A stretch of DNA of 64,000 bases, taken from positions 867,835-931,834 of the forward strand of contig OZ244584.1 of assembly GCA_965218115.1 (NCBI GenBank). The letters run 5' to 3'. Every line of letters starts with the position of its first letter. Within the stretch, counting starts at the first letter, position 1. The notes beneath the pieces were generated by a model. The model had not been told where the DNA came from and searched no databases. It saw nothing but the letters and a program-made list of their open reading frames with translations. A program made the position numbers and the translations under genes. This document shows, piece by piece, positions 10,139 through 19,210 of this stretch. The stretch comes from Dehalococcoidia bacterium. GTDB lineage: Bacteria > Chloroflexota > Dehalococcoidia > Bin125.

Positions 10139-11383
10139 GTGACGCGTGTGATGCTGTTGATTCCCACGGCCTCGTGGCGCGCACCCGACTTCATGGCCGC
10201 CGCCGACCGAATGGGACTCGACGTCGTGGTCGCGTCGGATCTCGATCAGCCGCTGGCCGACATGTACCCGGGCCGCTGGTTCACAGTGCCGTATCACGAT
10301 CCGCAGCTCGGAGCACAGGCCGTCGCTCGCTATGCCGACCGCTTCCCGCTCGACGCGGTGGTCGCGGTCGATGATCCCGGCATCCATCTCGCGGCGCTGG
10401 CCAGCGAGACGCTGGACCTGCCCACCAATGGCGCGGAGGCCGTGCTCGCGACTCGTGACAAGTCGGTGCTGCGGCGGCGCCTCGCCGAGGGCGGCGTTCC
10501 CTCGCCTCGCTGGCATCTCGCTCGATTCGAGGCTGAAGCGAGCGCGACAGCCGCCCTCGTCGAAGCGCAGATCGGCTGGCCGGTGGTGATCAAGCCGCTC
10601 GAGCTCAACGGCAGCCGCGGCGTGATCCGCGCCAACGATCCGGCCGCGTTCGCCCAGGCGGTCGAGCGGCTGCGTCTCCTCCTCTCGGTGCCGGACGTAC
10701 GCAACGAATGCACGGAGAGCCCCGATTCATACCTGATCGAGCAGTACATCCACGGCGACGAGGTCGCGCTCGAGGGACTGCTACGCGACGGTCGGCTGCA
10801 CACGCTTGCGCTCTTCGACAAGCCGGATCCGCTCCACGGTCCGTTCTTCGAGGAGACGCTTTATGTCACGCCCTCGCGTCACTCCCAGGCCAAACAGGAC
10901 CTGATCGCCGAGACCACACAGCGCTCGGCGGACGCCCTCGGCCTACGCGATGGTCCGCTGCACGCCGAGCTGCGGCTCAACGACGACGGGGCCTGGCCCG
11001 TCGACGTCGCGGCGCGCACCATCGGCGGCCTCTGCGCCCGCACGCTCAACTTCGGCGCCGGCATGTCGCTCGAGGAGATCGTGCTGCGGCACGCGGTCGG
11101 CGCGCCTCTGGAGTCGCTCAACCGCGAGACGCGCGCCGCCGGCGTGATGATGATTCCGGTCCCGCGCCGTGGCAGGTTGCGGGCGGTTGACGGTCTCGAC
11201 GAAGCGCGCGCGCTGCCGCGCATCGACAGCATCGAGATCGAGGCGCGCATCGGCGACCGCCTGGTCCCGCTCCCGGAGAGCTCGAACTACCCCGGCTTCA
11301 TCTTCGCCCGCGCCGACACCCCCGCCGAGGTCGAGCAAGCCCTCCGCAACGCCCACGCCCGCCTCACCTTCGTGATCGCCTGA
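10139..11383 (+). CDS. ATP-grasp domain protein (amino-acid/peptide ligase-like)
   Basis: ATP-grasp architecture (GWPVVIKPLELNGSRGV ... EQYIHGDEVALEGL ... HAELRL). Start assigned to GTG at 10139 with a ggag RBS 9 nt upstream; the ORF-track start at 10073 is also possible. Confidence 0.6.
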   Translation: MTRVMLLIPTASWRAPDFMAAADRMGLDVVVASDLDQPLADMYPGRWFTVPYHDPQLGAQAVARYADRFPLDAVVAVDDPGIHLAALASETLDLPTNGAEAVLATRDKSVLRRRLAEGGVPSPRWHLARFEAEASATAALVEAQIGWPVVIKPLELNGSRGVIRANDPAAFAQAVERLRLLLSVPDVRNECTESPDSYLIEQYIHGDEVALEGLLRDGRLHTLALFDKPDPLHGPFFEETLYVTPSRHSQAKQDLIAETTQRSADALGLRDGPLHAELRLNDDGAWPVDVAARTIGGLCARTLNFGAGMSLEEIVLRHAVGAPLESLNRETRAAGVMMIPVPRRGRLRAVDGLDEARALPRIDSIEIEARIGDRLVPLPESSNYPGFIFARADTPAEVEQALRNAHARLTFVIA

Positions 11384-11394
11384 CCCCACGAGCG

Positions 11395-11973
11395 ATGCGT
11401 AGCATGCCCAAACTTCGAGCGCTGCTCGCACTCATGTCCAACAGTGAACATCAATCTGATGTCGACGAGTCGCTCAGTATGGGATGGGCGGAGGCCCTTG
11501 ATCTGGACACGCTCGACTATCTGTACGCCGAGAGCCGCGCTCGCCTACTCGAGCAACTCCAGGCCATCGATGCATTAGCTGCGAAGGCGCGGGCAGTTGC
11601 CGGATTCGTAGCTCTCGTGATCATCGCGACCGGGGTCCTTGGAGATCTCCGCATCTCGTTCACCGAGGACAGCGTCGCCAGCAGCCTCTCCATGATCGCG
11701 GTGATTGCGTTCGTAGGCGTCCTCGCCGGCGCGGCAGTCATCATGTGGCCGCATCCGATCAGAACGGGGGTGCTCCCAACATGGTTGGCCCGCTATTCGA
11801 TCGACGAGTCGAATGCGACGGCACTGAGAGCCGCCACGACTGAGATTCAGGTCGATGCGTTCGCTTGGAACGTGCGAACGATGGCACGCAACGACGCCAT
11901 CATCCGAGGCATCATGGCGCTCGCGGCTGTTGAGGTTTCGGCTGTCGTCGCGCTATTCATCTCACGGGCATGA
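11395..11973 (+). CDS. hypothetical small membrane protein (about 3 TM helices), lower GC than surroundings
   Basis: 192-aa ORF with a helical N-terminal region, hydrophobic helices (VAGFVALVIIATGVLG; MIAVIAFVGVLAGAAVIM; IMALAAVEVSAVVALFI), and ~58% GC against ~70% background. Confidence 0.45.
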   Translation: MRSMPKLRALLALMSNSEHQSDVDESLSMGWAEALDLDTLDYLYAESRARLLEQLQAIDALAAKARAVAGFVALVIIATGVLGDLRISFTEDSVASSLSMIAVIAFVGVLAGAAVIMWPHPIRTGVLPTWLARYSIDESNATALRAATTEIQVDAFAWNVRTMARNDAIIRGIMALAAVEVSAVVALFISRA

Positions 11974-12417
11974 CGAGCTGTGATCTAGATGCTGCGCTTC
12001 TGTATCTCGACCGCAGGGCCGGGCGGGCGCTTTGGTGCGCGGCGCGGCGGCGGCGGTCTGATCGGTGCGGGGCTCGCGCCCCGACGAGGCTCTCTCGATC
12101 CAGCGGGTTTCTTCTCAGCCATGTCTGCATTCTACAGACCTGCGCCGCCGACTTGCTGCTCGGCAGGGCGAGCGATGATCGAGGGAGGCGAAGTGCGCGG
12201 AGGTCGGGCGCTGACGAACCAGACGCGCAGGGCGGCGCAGGCGAAGACGATCGTCCAGCCCAGTATCAACGCCTCGGAAGCACGTGCACCGCCAACACAC
12301 GCCGCCGCGCCGCCTACAAATGCGATTCCGTGTCAGCCAATCGCGCCCGTGCCACTGCACCGCCGCAACCCGCGGAGTCTACCCTTCGACCGACCATTTT
12401 CCCGAAGGGAGTTCGTC

Positions 12418-13557
12418 ATGACCACAGGCACGACGCGCCGCACCGGCTGGGTCTATCACGAGGCCTATATGTGGCACGACCCCGGCCGCATGCGCGCATT
12501 CGATCCCTCGATGCGGCGCTGGCTGCAGGCCTGGGAGCACTATGAGAACCCCGAGACCAAGCGCCGGCTCAACAACCTGCTGGAGTACGTGGACTTCAGC
12601 GAGGAGCTGGTCCCGCTGAAGCCGCGGGCAGCCAACTTCGAGCAGGTCACGCGCTTCCACACGCCCGAGTATTTCGAGAAGATCCGCGAGATGAGCGAGG
12701 CCGATGGCGGCGAGAGCGGCGAAGGCGCCACCTTCAGCCACGGCGGCTTCGAGATCGCCCTGCTCGCCGCCGGCGGCACGATCACCGCGGTCGACGCGGT
12801 GCTTGACCGCGAGATCGACAACGCCTACGCGCTCGTGCGACCGCCCGGGCACCACGCCGAGCGCGACCGCGGGCGTGGCTTCTGCATCTTCGGCAACGTG
12901 GCGATCGCCGGGATGCACGCGCTCGCCGATCGCGGTCTCGCCCGGATCGCGACGCTGGACTGGGACGTGCACCACGGCAACGGCACCCAACAGGCGTTCT
13001 ACGACCGCAACGACGCGCTGACCATGTCGATCCACCAGGACCAGTGGTACCCGCGCGACTCCGGCGCGATGCACGAGACCGGTGAGGACGACGGCGACGG
13101 CTACAACATCAACATCCCGCTGCCGCCGGGCTCGGGACACGGCGCGTATGTCGCGACGATCGAGCAGGTGGTCGTGCCGGCACTGCGGGCGTTCAAGCCG
13201 GACCTGATCCTGGTGCCCTCGGGCTTCGACGGCGGCATGTACGACCCGCTGGGGCGGATGATGGCCTACAGCGAGACGTTCCGCGAGATGACGGGGCTGC
13301 TGATGGAGGCGGCCGACGAGCTCTGCGAAGGGCGACTCGTGCTCTCGCACGAGGGCGGCTACTCGCCGACCTATGTGCCGTTCTGCGGACTCGCAGTCGT
13401 CGAGGAGCTAAGCGGCAAGACCTCCGGCGCGGCCGACCCAATGGGCGACAACGCCGCAGGCGCCGGCGGTCAGGATCTACAGCCGCACCAGCAAGCGCGA
13501 ATCTCCGAGGCCGCCACGATGGTCGCCCGCCTGCGGTCAATGGAGGGCCTCAGCTAG
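12418..13557 (+). CDS. histone deacetylase-family amidohydrolase (acetylpolyamine/acetoin-utilisation type)
   Basis: RPPGHHAE, GFCIFGNVAIA, DWDVHHGNGTQ motifs of the arginase/deacetylase superfamily. Start at 12418 preceded by gaagggag RBS; the ORF-track start at 11989 is rejected. Confidence 0.8.
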   Translation: MTTGTTRRTGWVYHEAYMWHDPGRMRAFDPSMRRWLQAWEHYENPETKRRLNNLLEYVDFSEELVPLKPRAANFEQVTRFHTPEYFEKIREMSEADGGESGEGATFSHGGFEIALLAAGGTITAVDAVLDREIDNAYALVRPPGHHAERDRGRGFCIFGNVAIAGMHALADRGLARIATLDWDVHHGNGTQQAFYDRNDALTMSIHQDQWYPRDSGAMHETGEDDGDGYNINIPLPPGSGHGAYVATIEQVVVPALRAFKPDLILVPSGFDGGMYDPLGRMMAYSETFREMTGLLMEAADELCEGRLVLSHEGGYSPTYVPFCGLAVVEELSGKTSGAADPMGDNAAGAGGQDLQPHQQARISEAATMVARLRSMEGLS

Positions 13558-13579
13558 CGCACCCCCGCCAGCGTCCGCC

Positions 13580-14215
13580 CCAAAATCGCTCCCCCCGAGG
13601 GGGAGCTGTCGCGCAGCGACTGAGGGGGAGGCTCCCAAGCCCGTGAGCTCGCAACCCGCCAAACACTCCCCGCTCTGCCTTCAACAGCTCCCCCCGAAGA
13701 GACCTGCGCGTAATCCCCATTTCCCCTCTCCCCCCGCTCCGCGGGGGAGATGCCGCAGCCTGCCCCAGCGCAGGCACGGGGCAGACGGGAAGAGCGCCGC
13801 GGTCAGCGGTGGTCATCGCGGGCCTCTCCCGCCGTCATTCCTGCGCCTCCCCCGCCGTCATTCCTGCGCAGGCAGGAATCCATGCGACCGCCCAACAACC
13901 CTTGACGCCTCGGCGCTCTCGACGTTCCACCGACGGATCGAACGCGCGCGTTGGGCGATCAAGCGCCGTCGGACGATCGACGCCCCTGCGATGCCCTCAG
14001 ATCGCCTGGATTCCTGCCTGCGCAGGAATGACGGAGGGTTGCGAGTGGCGCGAGTCATTGAGCTGGTCGGGCATGCGGACTTCGGAGTCGATGGTGACCG
14101 TTCGCCCCCACCAGCGCCCTGTGCGTTGATCCTCAACACAGTCGCTCAGTCGCTGTGCAACAGCTCCCCCGCCGGGGGAGCGATTCCGTCTGATCGTTCG
14201 GCCGCCACGACTCCG
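13580..14215. repeat. composite repeat cluster (modules B, E/C, two half-copies of the A terminus, a full MITE-like element A, module F)
   Basis: CGCTCCCCCCGAGGGGGAGCTGTCGCGCAGCGACTGAGGGGGAGGC (B). Element A spans 13838-14037 with termini CCCTCCGTCATTCCTGCGCAGGCAGGAATCCATGCGA / TCGCCTGGATTCCTGCCTGCGCAGGAATGACGGAGGG. Convergent junction HDAC(+)/rSAM(-). Confidence 0.85.
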
Positions 14216-14377
14216 CGAGCCCCGGGTCAGGCTGGCTGGGACAGCGGTCGGCCCGGTCAGACCCGGTCAGGAATGGTCAGAAACGGTCAGCGTCGGTCCG
14301 CTTCCGGCGCAGGTGGAAGGCGGCGAGGGTGATCGGTGGAGTTAGAGCGAGGCGAACTGCCCCGTGGTGGGTTCCGC

Positions 14378-15676
14378 TCAACAGAACCAGGCCTCCGTCA
14401 GGCCGGGAACATGCTGCGGGCCCGGTGGCGCGTCGGGCCACGGCGCGGCATTCAGCCGCTCGCACGCGATCTGCTTGACGGCGGCGAAGACCTGCGCGCT
14501 CGTCGCACCTTCGGCCCGTTCGACCAGCGCCGCGAGCTCCGCTTGCAGCGCGTCCATGCGCGGATCGGGGTGACGCCACTGCCAGATCAGGCCGTCCTCG
14601 TCGAACTCTCGAAGCCAGCCGGCCGCGCGAATCGGGGACACCAACGGCGAGGCGGGCGGCACCAGCAGTCGCAGGCCAAGCTGCACGGGCGGTACCGCAG
14701 CGATGATCGCGTGCTGCTCAATGAAGCGAAGCAGCGCGAGGTAGTCGTCACTTGACGTCCAGGGAGTGAAGGGCAGCCAGGTGGGACGGAGCGCGATTCC
14801 CGCGTCGGCGACCAGGCCGAGCGCCGAACCGACATCGGCCGCGCTGTGGCCTTTGTCGAGCACGGTCAGCAGCTGATCCTCAACGGACTCGAACGCCGAG
14901 GTGATGAACGTGACGCCGAGATCGGACAGCGTGGGCAGCAGTTCGCGGTGATCGAGCAGGTGCTCGACCTTGATCGTGACGTCGAATGTCAGCTCCGCGT
15001 GGCGTCCCCGCGCTGCTTCGAGCAGTTCCAGCCCGTATCCGGGCGCGTTGAAGAAATCGGGATCGCCCAAGGTGATATGGCGAGCGCCCATCGCGGCCTG
15101 TTGGTCGATGTCGCCGAGCACCGATTCGGCGCCGTTGAGCCGCAGGCGGCCGGCGTAGACCGGCGTGATCGGGCAGTGGGTACAGCGATGAGCGCAGCCG
15201 CGCGAGGCCTCGGCGTAGCCGGACAACTCGAACTCGCCTTCGCGGCCGTGATAACGCGCGTAGGCGTCAAGCGGCGGTAGGCCGGAGCGATCGGGGACGC
15301 CGCGCGGATCACGGTCGAACGCGATTCCCGCGGGAGCGTCGCCGCGGGCCAGCGCCAACAGCTGGCCGTCGGTGTCGCCGGTCAGGGTGCGTCCGGGGAT
15401 GCCCATCGCACCGAGGCCGTAGAGCACGACCTTGTCCCCGAGGCCGCGCTGCCGGAGTTGCCGCGAGAGCGCCAGCCCGAGTCGTGCGGCGGTGTGCATC
15501 GGGGTCGAGACGGCGATCAGGCCGGCCCACTCGTAGGCGGATTCGTCGGCCGGTTCGACGGAGAGGTCGAGCGTCCGCACATCGTGGCCGTCGGCGCGCA
15601 GCACTACAGCAGGCGCCGCCAGCCCAAGCGGCTGGTGGCCCTGTTCGTAGGTGTTGATCAGCAGAACGCGGCTCAC
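14378..15676 (-). CDS. B12-binding-domain radical SAM protein
   Basis: CAHRCTHC (CxxxCxxC) cluster after an N-terminal B12-binding-like region. GTG start with aggatga RBS. Confidence 0.7.
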   Translation of the reverse strand: MSRVLLINTYEQGHQPLGLAAPAVVLRADGHDVRTLDLSVEPADESAYEWAGLIAVSTPMHTAARLGLALSRQLRQRGLGDKVVLYGLGAMGIPGRTLTGDTDGQLLALARGDAPAGIAFDRDPRGVPDRSGLPPLDAYARYHGREGEFELSGYAEASRGCAHRCTHCPITPVYAGRLRLNGAESVLGDIDQQAAMGARHITLGDPDFFNAPGYGLELLEAARGRHAELTFDVTIKVEHLLDHRELLPTLSDLGVTFITSAFESVEDQLLTVLDKGHSAADVGSALGLVADAGIALRPTWLPFTPWTSSDDYLALLRFIEQHAIIAAVPPVQLGLRLLVPPASPLVSPIRAAGWLREFDEDGLIWQWRHPDPRMDALQAELAALVERAEGATSAQVFAAVKQIACERLNAAPWPDAPPGPQHVPGLTEAWFC

Positions 15677-15800
15677 GCGGTCATCCTAACCGGCCGCCAA
15701 CGGGAGGACTCCCGCCTATACTTCGCGGGCTGCGCTAACGCTGGCGCCACGGACCGACCGCCGCCCGCAACCATGCGGGCGACGAACGATCGGCTGCGGA

Positions 15801-17012
15801 ATGTCTGACCGCGCTGATATCGACCGGCTCGTCGATGTGATTCGCCGCATCGGAGCCATTGACGGCGAGCTGCTCGAGCTCCGGGAAACCAAGCACCTTT
15901 TGACTCTGCTCGAGCCCGGTGAGATGCCGGCGCGAATTGCGGCCAGCCCGAACGGCGTTGTTGTAGCAACCGATCGTCGCCTGATCGTTGTGAGCGGTGG
16001 CGGGGCAGGAGAGCCCAGCGCATTGGTTCACTCGTTTCGCTTCGGCAGCGTCAGGGAGGTACGGCTCGTTGGCTCCGACGTTGTGGAGGTCGACGCGGAA
16101 AGGGCGCGGATCTCGTTCACCATGCCCCGAAGCCATCGGACCGCGATAACCGAATACCTCCAGAGTCAACATGGTGTCGAGGTCGACCCATCACCCGTCG
16201 CAAGAGAAGACATCGAGCCCTTGACAGACGCAGCTAGGGGCGAACCTGCTGACGACACGAGTCCCCTGAGCCTCGAGCAGCGCACCGCTCGACTCAGGAA
16301 GTTGGGCGTCAAGCCGAACCCCGAGTCCAACGGCGTTGCGACTGCTCTGTTCGTCGTCGGGTTCATCGTGGGTGCGGTGTTGACTTGGGTGGTGGATGTC
16401 GGCCCGTGGGCGTTTGGGATCGCTTGGGTGCTTGCAGGTGCATCTTTCATCGTGGTCCTCGCGGGGATGGAAGATACCGAATCCGCGGTCCGCAGAGAAG
16501 AACTAGCTCACGGCCTTGAAACAGCCCCGCGCCAGAACGAGAGACCGCGTCAGTCGGGCTTGGGGCTAGGGCTGGTGTCAGGCGTCGTGGGCATCATCAT
16601 CCTCAGCCTCGTGATAGGGCTCGCTGGAACCGACGACGATCGAGGTGCGCCAGCCCGTTCGAGTGGCGGCTCGCTGGCGTCGTCGGCCACCCCATCAGGC
16701 TGGTCGCTGAGCAGATGCATCGAATATGGCGAGGAGATACAAGCGCGGATCTTGCATGTCGGCGTCAATAGTGGGTTGGTGACGGAAGCAGCCGATCGGG
16801 GAGACGGTGCGTCGGCCGTCCACCTCTGGGATAGACAAATCGAGCCGAGCTGGCGCTGGCTTGACACCGGAATCCCGCGATTCGAGCAAAACTGCCAAGT
16901 TCACGCGCCGTCGGCCGTCGACGTAGCCAGCAGTGGTTGGCGCGACGAGCTCCGGCCCGCTCTCCGCAACGCTGAGAAGCGCGTCGATGAGCTGCGAGCG
17001 GCTCTGCGCTGA
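15801..17012 (+). CDS. membrane protein with N-terminal bacterial PH (bPH_2-like) domain, paralog 1
   Basis: N-terminus LLEPGEMPARIAASPNGVVVATDRRLIVV...FRFGSVREV fits the bPH fold; 3 predicted TM helices; C-terminal extracytoplasmic region. Lower GC (about 60%). Confidence 0.6.
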   Translation: MSDRADIDRLVDVIRRIGAIDGELLELRETKHLLTLLEPGEMPARIAASPNGVVVATDRRLIVVSGGGAGEPSALVHSFRFGSVREVRLVGSDVVEVDAERARISFTMPRSHRTAITEYLQSQHGVEVDPSPVAREDIEPLTDAARGEPADDTSPLSLEQRTARLRKLGVKPNPESNGVATALFVVGFIVGAVLTWVVDVGPWAFGIAWVLAGASFIVVLAGMEDTESAVRREELAHGLETAPRQNERPRQSGLGLGLVSGVVGIIILSLVIGLAGTDDDRGAPARSSGGSLASSATPSGWSLSRCIEYGEEIQARILHVGVNSGLVTEAADRGDGASAVHLWDRQIEPSWRWLDTGIPRFEQNCQVHAPSAVDVASSGWRDELRPALRNAEKRVDELRAALR

Positions 17013-17447
17013 ACGCACACTTGGCCCCTCGCGACCCCACACCGCTGCGCCAGGTACGATCGCGGGTGGAGCCCGATTGCCCGGATCGAACGAGGTGCGC
17101 CGAGCTGTGCATAGCAGCGCGGATCGTGAGCTGGTGATCCGGTCCGATCTACCATCGGATAGTCACCCCTCCATGCTCGGCGGCCCTCGCGGGGCCGCCG
17201 CGAGATGACAGACCAGCTTGCCCGCATCCTTCTCCTCGTGTGTTCAACAGACAGACAATCCGCGCAGATGGCGCTATATTGCGCCACGGCTTGCTGCGAT
17301 CTGGCAACGCGGATCGGTATCCATTGATGATACGGGTTAGGGGATACGGGTCGCGTCCATCCGTCGCACAGCCGGGTGGCCAGAAGGCCTGAGCCGCTGC
17401 CTAGCTGGCACACACGCGAGTGCTGTCGACGAAGAACGAGGCGCGAT

Positions 17448-18533
17448 ATGCGCGACGAGATCGGCACCGACCAACTCATCGCTGCCGTGCGGCGAATCGA
17501 GGAGATCGACCAGGGTCTGCTCGATCTGCCAGAAACCAAGCATCTTCTGACAGTGCTAGAGCCCGGCGAGCTTCCGGAGGAGATCGCCAGCGGCTCACAT
17601 GTCGTCGCCACCGCAACCGGTCGCCGGCTGATTGTCGTGCGGCGGAGCCGAACAGGTAGTTCTATTGCGAGTGTCCAGTCGTTGTCGTTCGACGGCATCG
17701 AGAGAGTCCGATCCGTCGGAACGTTGGGGATCGAGATCCGCATCGAAGGCCGACGCACATCGTTCATCTTGCTCGAACAGCGCCGCAATCGCCTACTGGC
17801 ATACCTCAGGCGCAGACTCGGCGATTCCGCGGCCGATCCGTCACGCGCTGTGGCGCACGCCAACCCACGACCCGAAGCGAGAGGCGACAAGCCCATCGCT
17901 GGGGTGGGATCTCTGAGCCTGGATGAGCGAACCAAGCGATTGATGGACGCGGGCGTTCAGCCGAGTCCCAACGCCAACGGCCGCGCATTCGCTCTGTTTG
18001 TCATTGGGTTCGTTGTGAGCGCGGTGTTGAATTGGGTGGTGGATGTCGGCCCATGGCTGTACGGAATCGCTTGGACCCTCACAGGCGCATCGATGATCGC
18101 GTTCGTCGCGTCGCAGGAAGATATGGAGACAGCGGTGCGCAGGGAGGAAGTGGCTCTCGGGCTTGAATCGGCCTCGCGGACGGACGAGCGACCGGGCAAG
18201 CCGGGCTTGAGGGCGGGTGCGGTAGCGGTCGCCGTCGGAATCATCGTTCTTGGCATTGTCGTCGTCGCTGGCGGCTCAGACGGGTCGCCGGCCGACAGTT
18301 CCGGCTCGCGCCCCGTGAGCAGTGGCAACCTGCCTGGAACCATCGTGACCATTCGCAACTGCGCTGACGTCGATCGACTAATTGACAGGTACAGCCGGAG
18401 TGATGGGGGCGACGCGTTTGTGTACCGCGCGGGCGGACGGAGCTATCTGGTCAAAAACACCGGAGACATCCCGGACTTGGTGAACACGCCCTGGAAGAGC
18501 CTGTACTGGTACGCCTACGACATGTCGTGCTGA
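17448..18533 (+). CDS. membrane protein with N-terminal bacterial PH (bPH_2-like) domain, paralog 2
   Basis: Same architecture and clear similarity to 15801-17012 (LLDLPETKHLLTVLEPGELPEEIASGSHVVATATGRRLIVV; matching TM region LFVIGFVVSAVLNWVVDVGPW). Start moved to ATG 17448. Confidence 0.6.
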   Translation: MRDEIGTDQLIAAVRRIEEIDQGLLDLPETKHLLTVLEPGELPEEIASGSHVVATATGRRLIVVRRSRTGSSIASVQSLSFDGIERVRSVGTLGIEIRIEGRRTSFILLEQRRNRLLAYLRRRLGDSAADPSRAVAHANPRPEARGDKPIAGVGSLSLDERTKRLMDAGVQPSPNANGRAFALFVIGFVVSAVLNWVVDVGPWLYGIAWTLTGASMIAFVASQEDMETAVRREEVALGLESASRTDERPGKPGLRAGAVAVAVGIIVLGIVVVAGGSDGSPADSSGSRPVSSGNLPGTIVTIRNCADVDRLIDRYSRSDGGDAFVYRAGGRSYLVKNTGDIPDLVNTPWKSLYWYAYDMSC

Positions 18534-18534
18534 T

Positions 18535-19143
18535 CTACTTCTTGGAGGGCTGGTAGTAGGGGTTGTCGCCGGAGGCGTGATCGGTGACGTCGACCAGCTC
18601 TTCGATCTCGGGGATCTGCTCCTTGACCGCGACCTCGACGCCCTGCTTGAGGGTGACACTGGCCATGCCGCAGCCCTGGCACCCGCCGCCCATCTCGATG
18701 TAGGCGCGACTGCCCTGCACATCGAGCAGCTGCACGTAGCCGCCGTGCGCCGCGATCTGCGGGTTGATCTGTTCGTCGAAGATGCGCTGGATCTGCAGCG
18801 CGAGCGGGTCGCTCCAGACCGGATTGGGATTGTCGAACTCGAGGCCCGAGACGTTGGGACCCTTGAACTGATAGTTGACCGCGGTGCCGCGCAGGTCCTC
18901 GAGCCGCTCGCCTTCAACGAAGAGACGGAAGTCGGGGTAGTCGGCCACGGCGTCGCCCGCCGGCTCCATGCCCTTCTCGACGATCGTCAGCACGTGTTCG
19001 AAGCCGTCCGAGCTGCGCCCGATGATCTTTAGGCGCAGACCCGCCACCTCCTCGGGATAGCCCTGAAGGACCTCAACCAGCTTGCTCCGAGCTGCCTCGC
19101 TGAAGCGAATGCCCGGCTCGCCTGTGTCAACACTGCTCGTCAT
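18535..19143 (-). CDS. NfuA-like Fe-S cluster biogenesis protein (A-type-carrier-like N-domain plus Nfu C-domain)
   Basis: C-terminal GGGCQGCGMASVTLKQGVE Nfu CxxC motif; N-terminal HesB/IscA-like fold. Confidence 0.7.
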   Translation of the reverse strand: MTSSVDTGEPGIRFSEAARSKLVEVLQGYPEEVAGLRLKIIGRSSDGFEHVLTIVEKGMEPAGDAVADYPDFRLFVEGERLEDLRGTAVNYQFKGPNVSGLEFDNPNPVWSDPLALQIQRIFDEQINPQIAAHGGYVQLLDVQGSRAYIEMGGGCQGCGMASVTLKQGVEVAVKEQIPEIEELVDVTDHASGDNPYYQPSKK

Positions 19144-19210
19144 CCCGTCCTCCTTCGACCGTTCGGCGCGCCTAGCATACTCCAGTCACGCAACACTCTG
19201 GAGTTCAATC

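Noticed and set aside
15677-15800. Cobalamin riboswitch upstream of the B12-binding radical SAM gene
   Set aside because: Only a weak GCCAC-like string is present; there is no convincing B12-box or surrounding stem architecture, and the region is only ~125 bp shared with a divergent gene.
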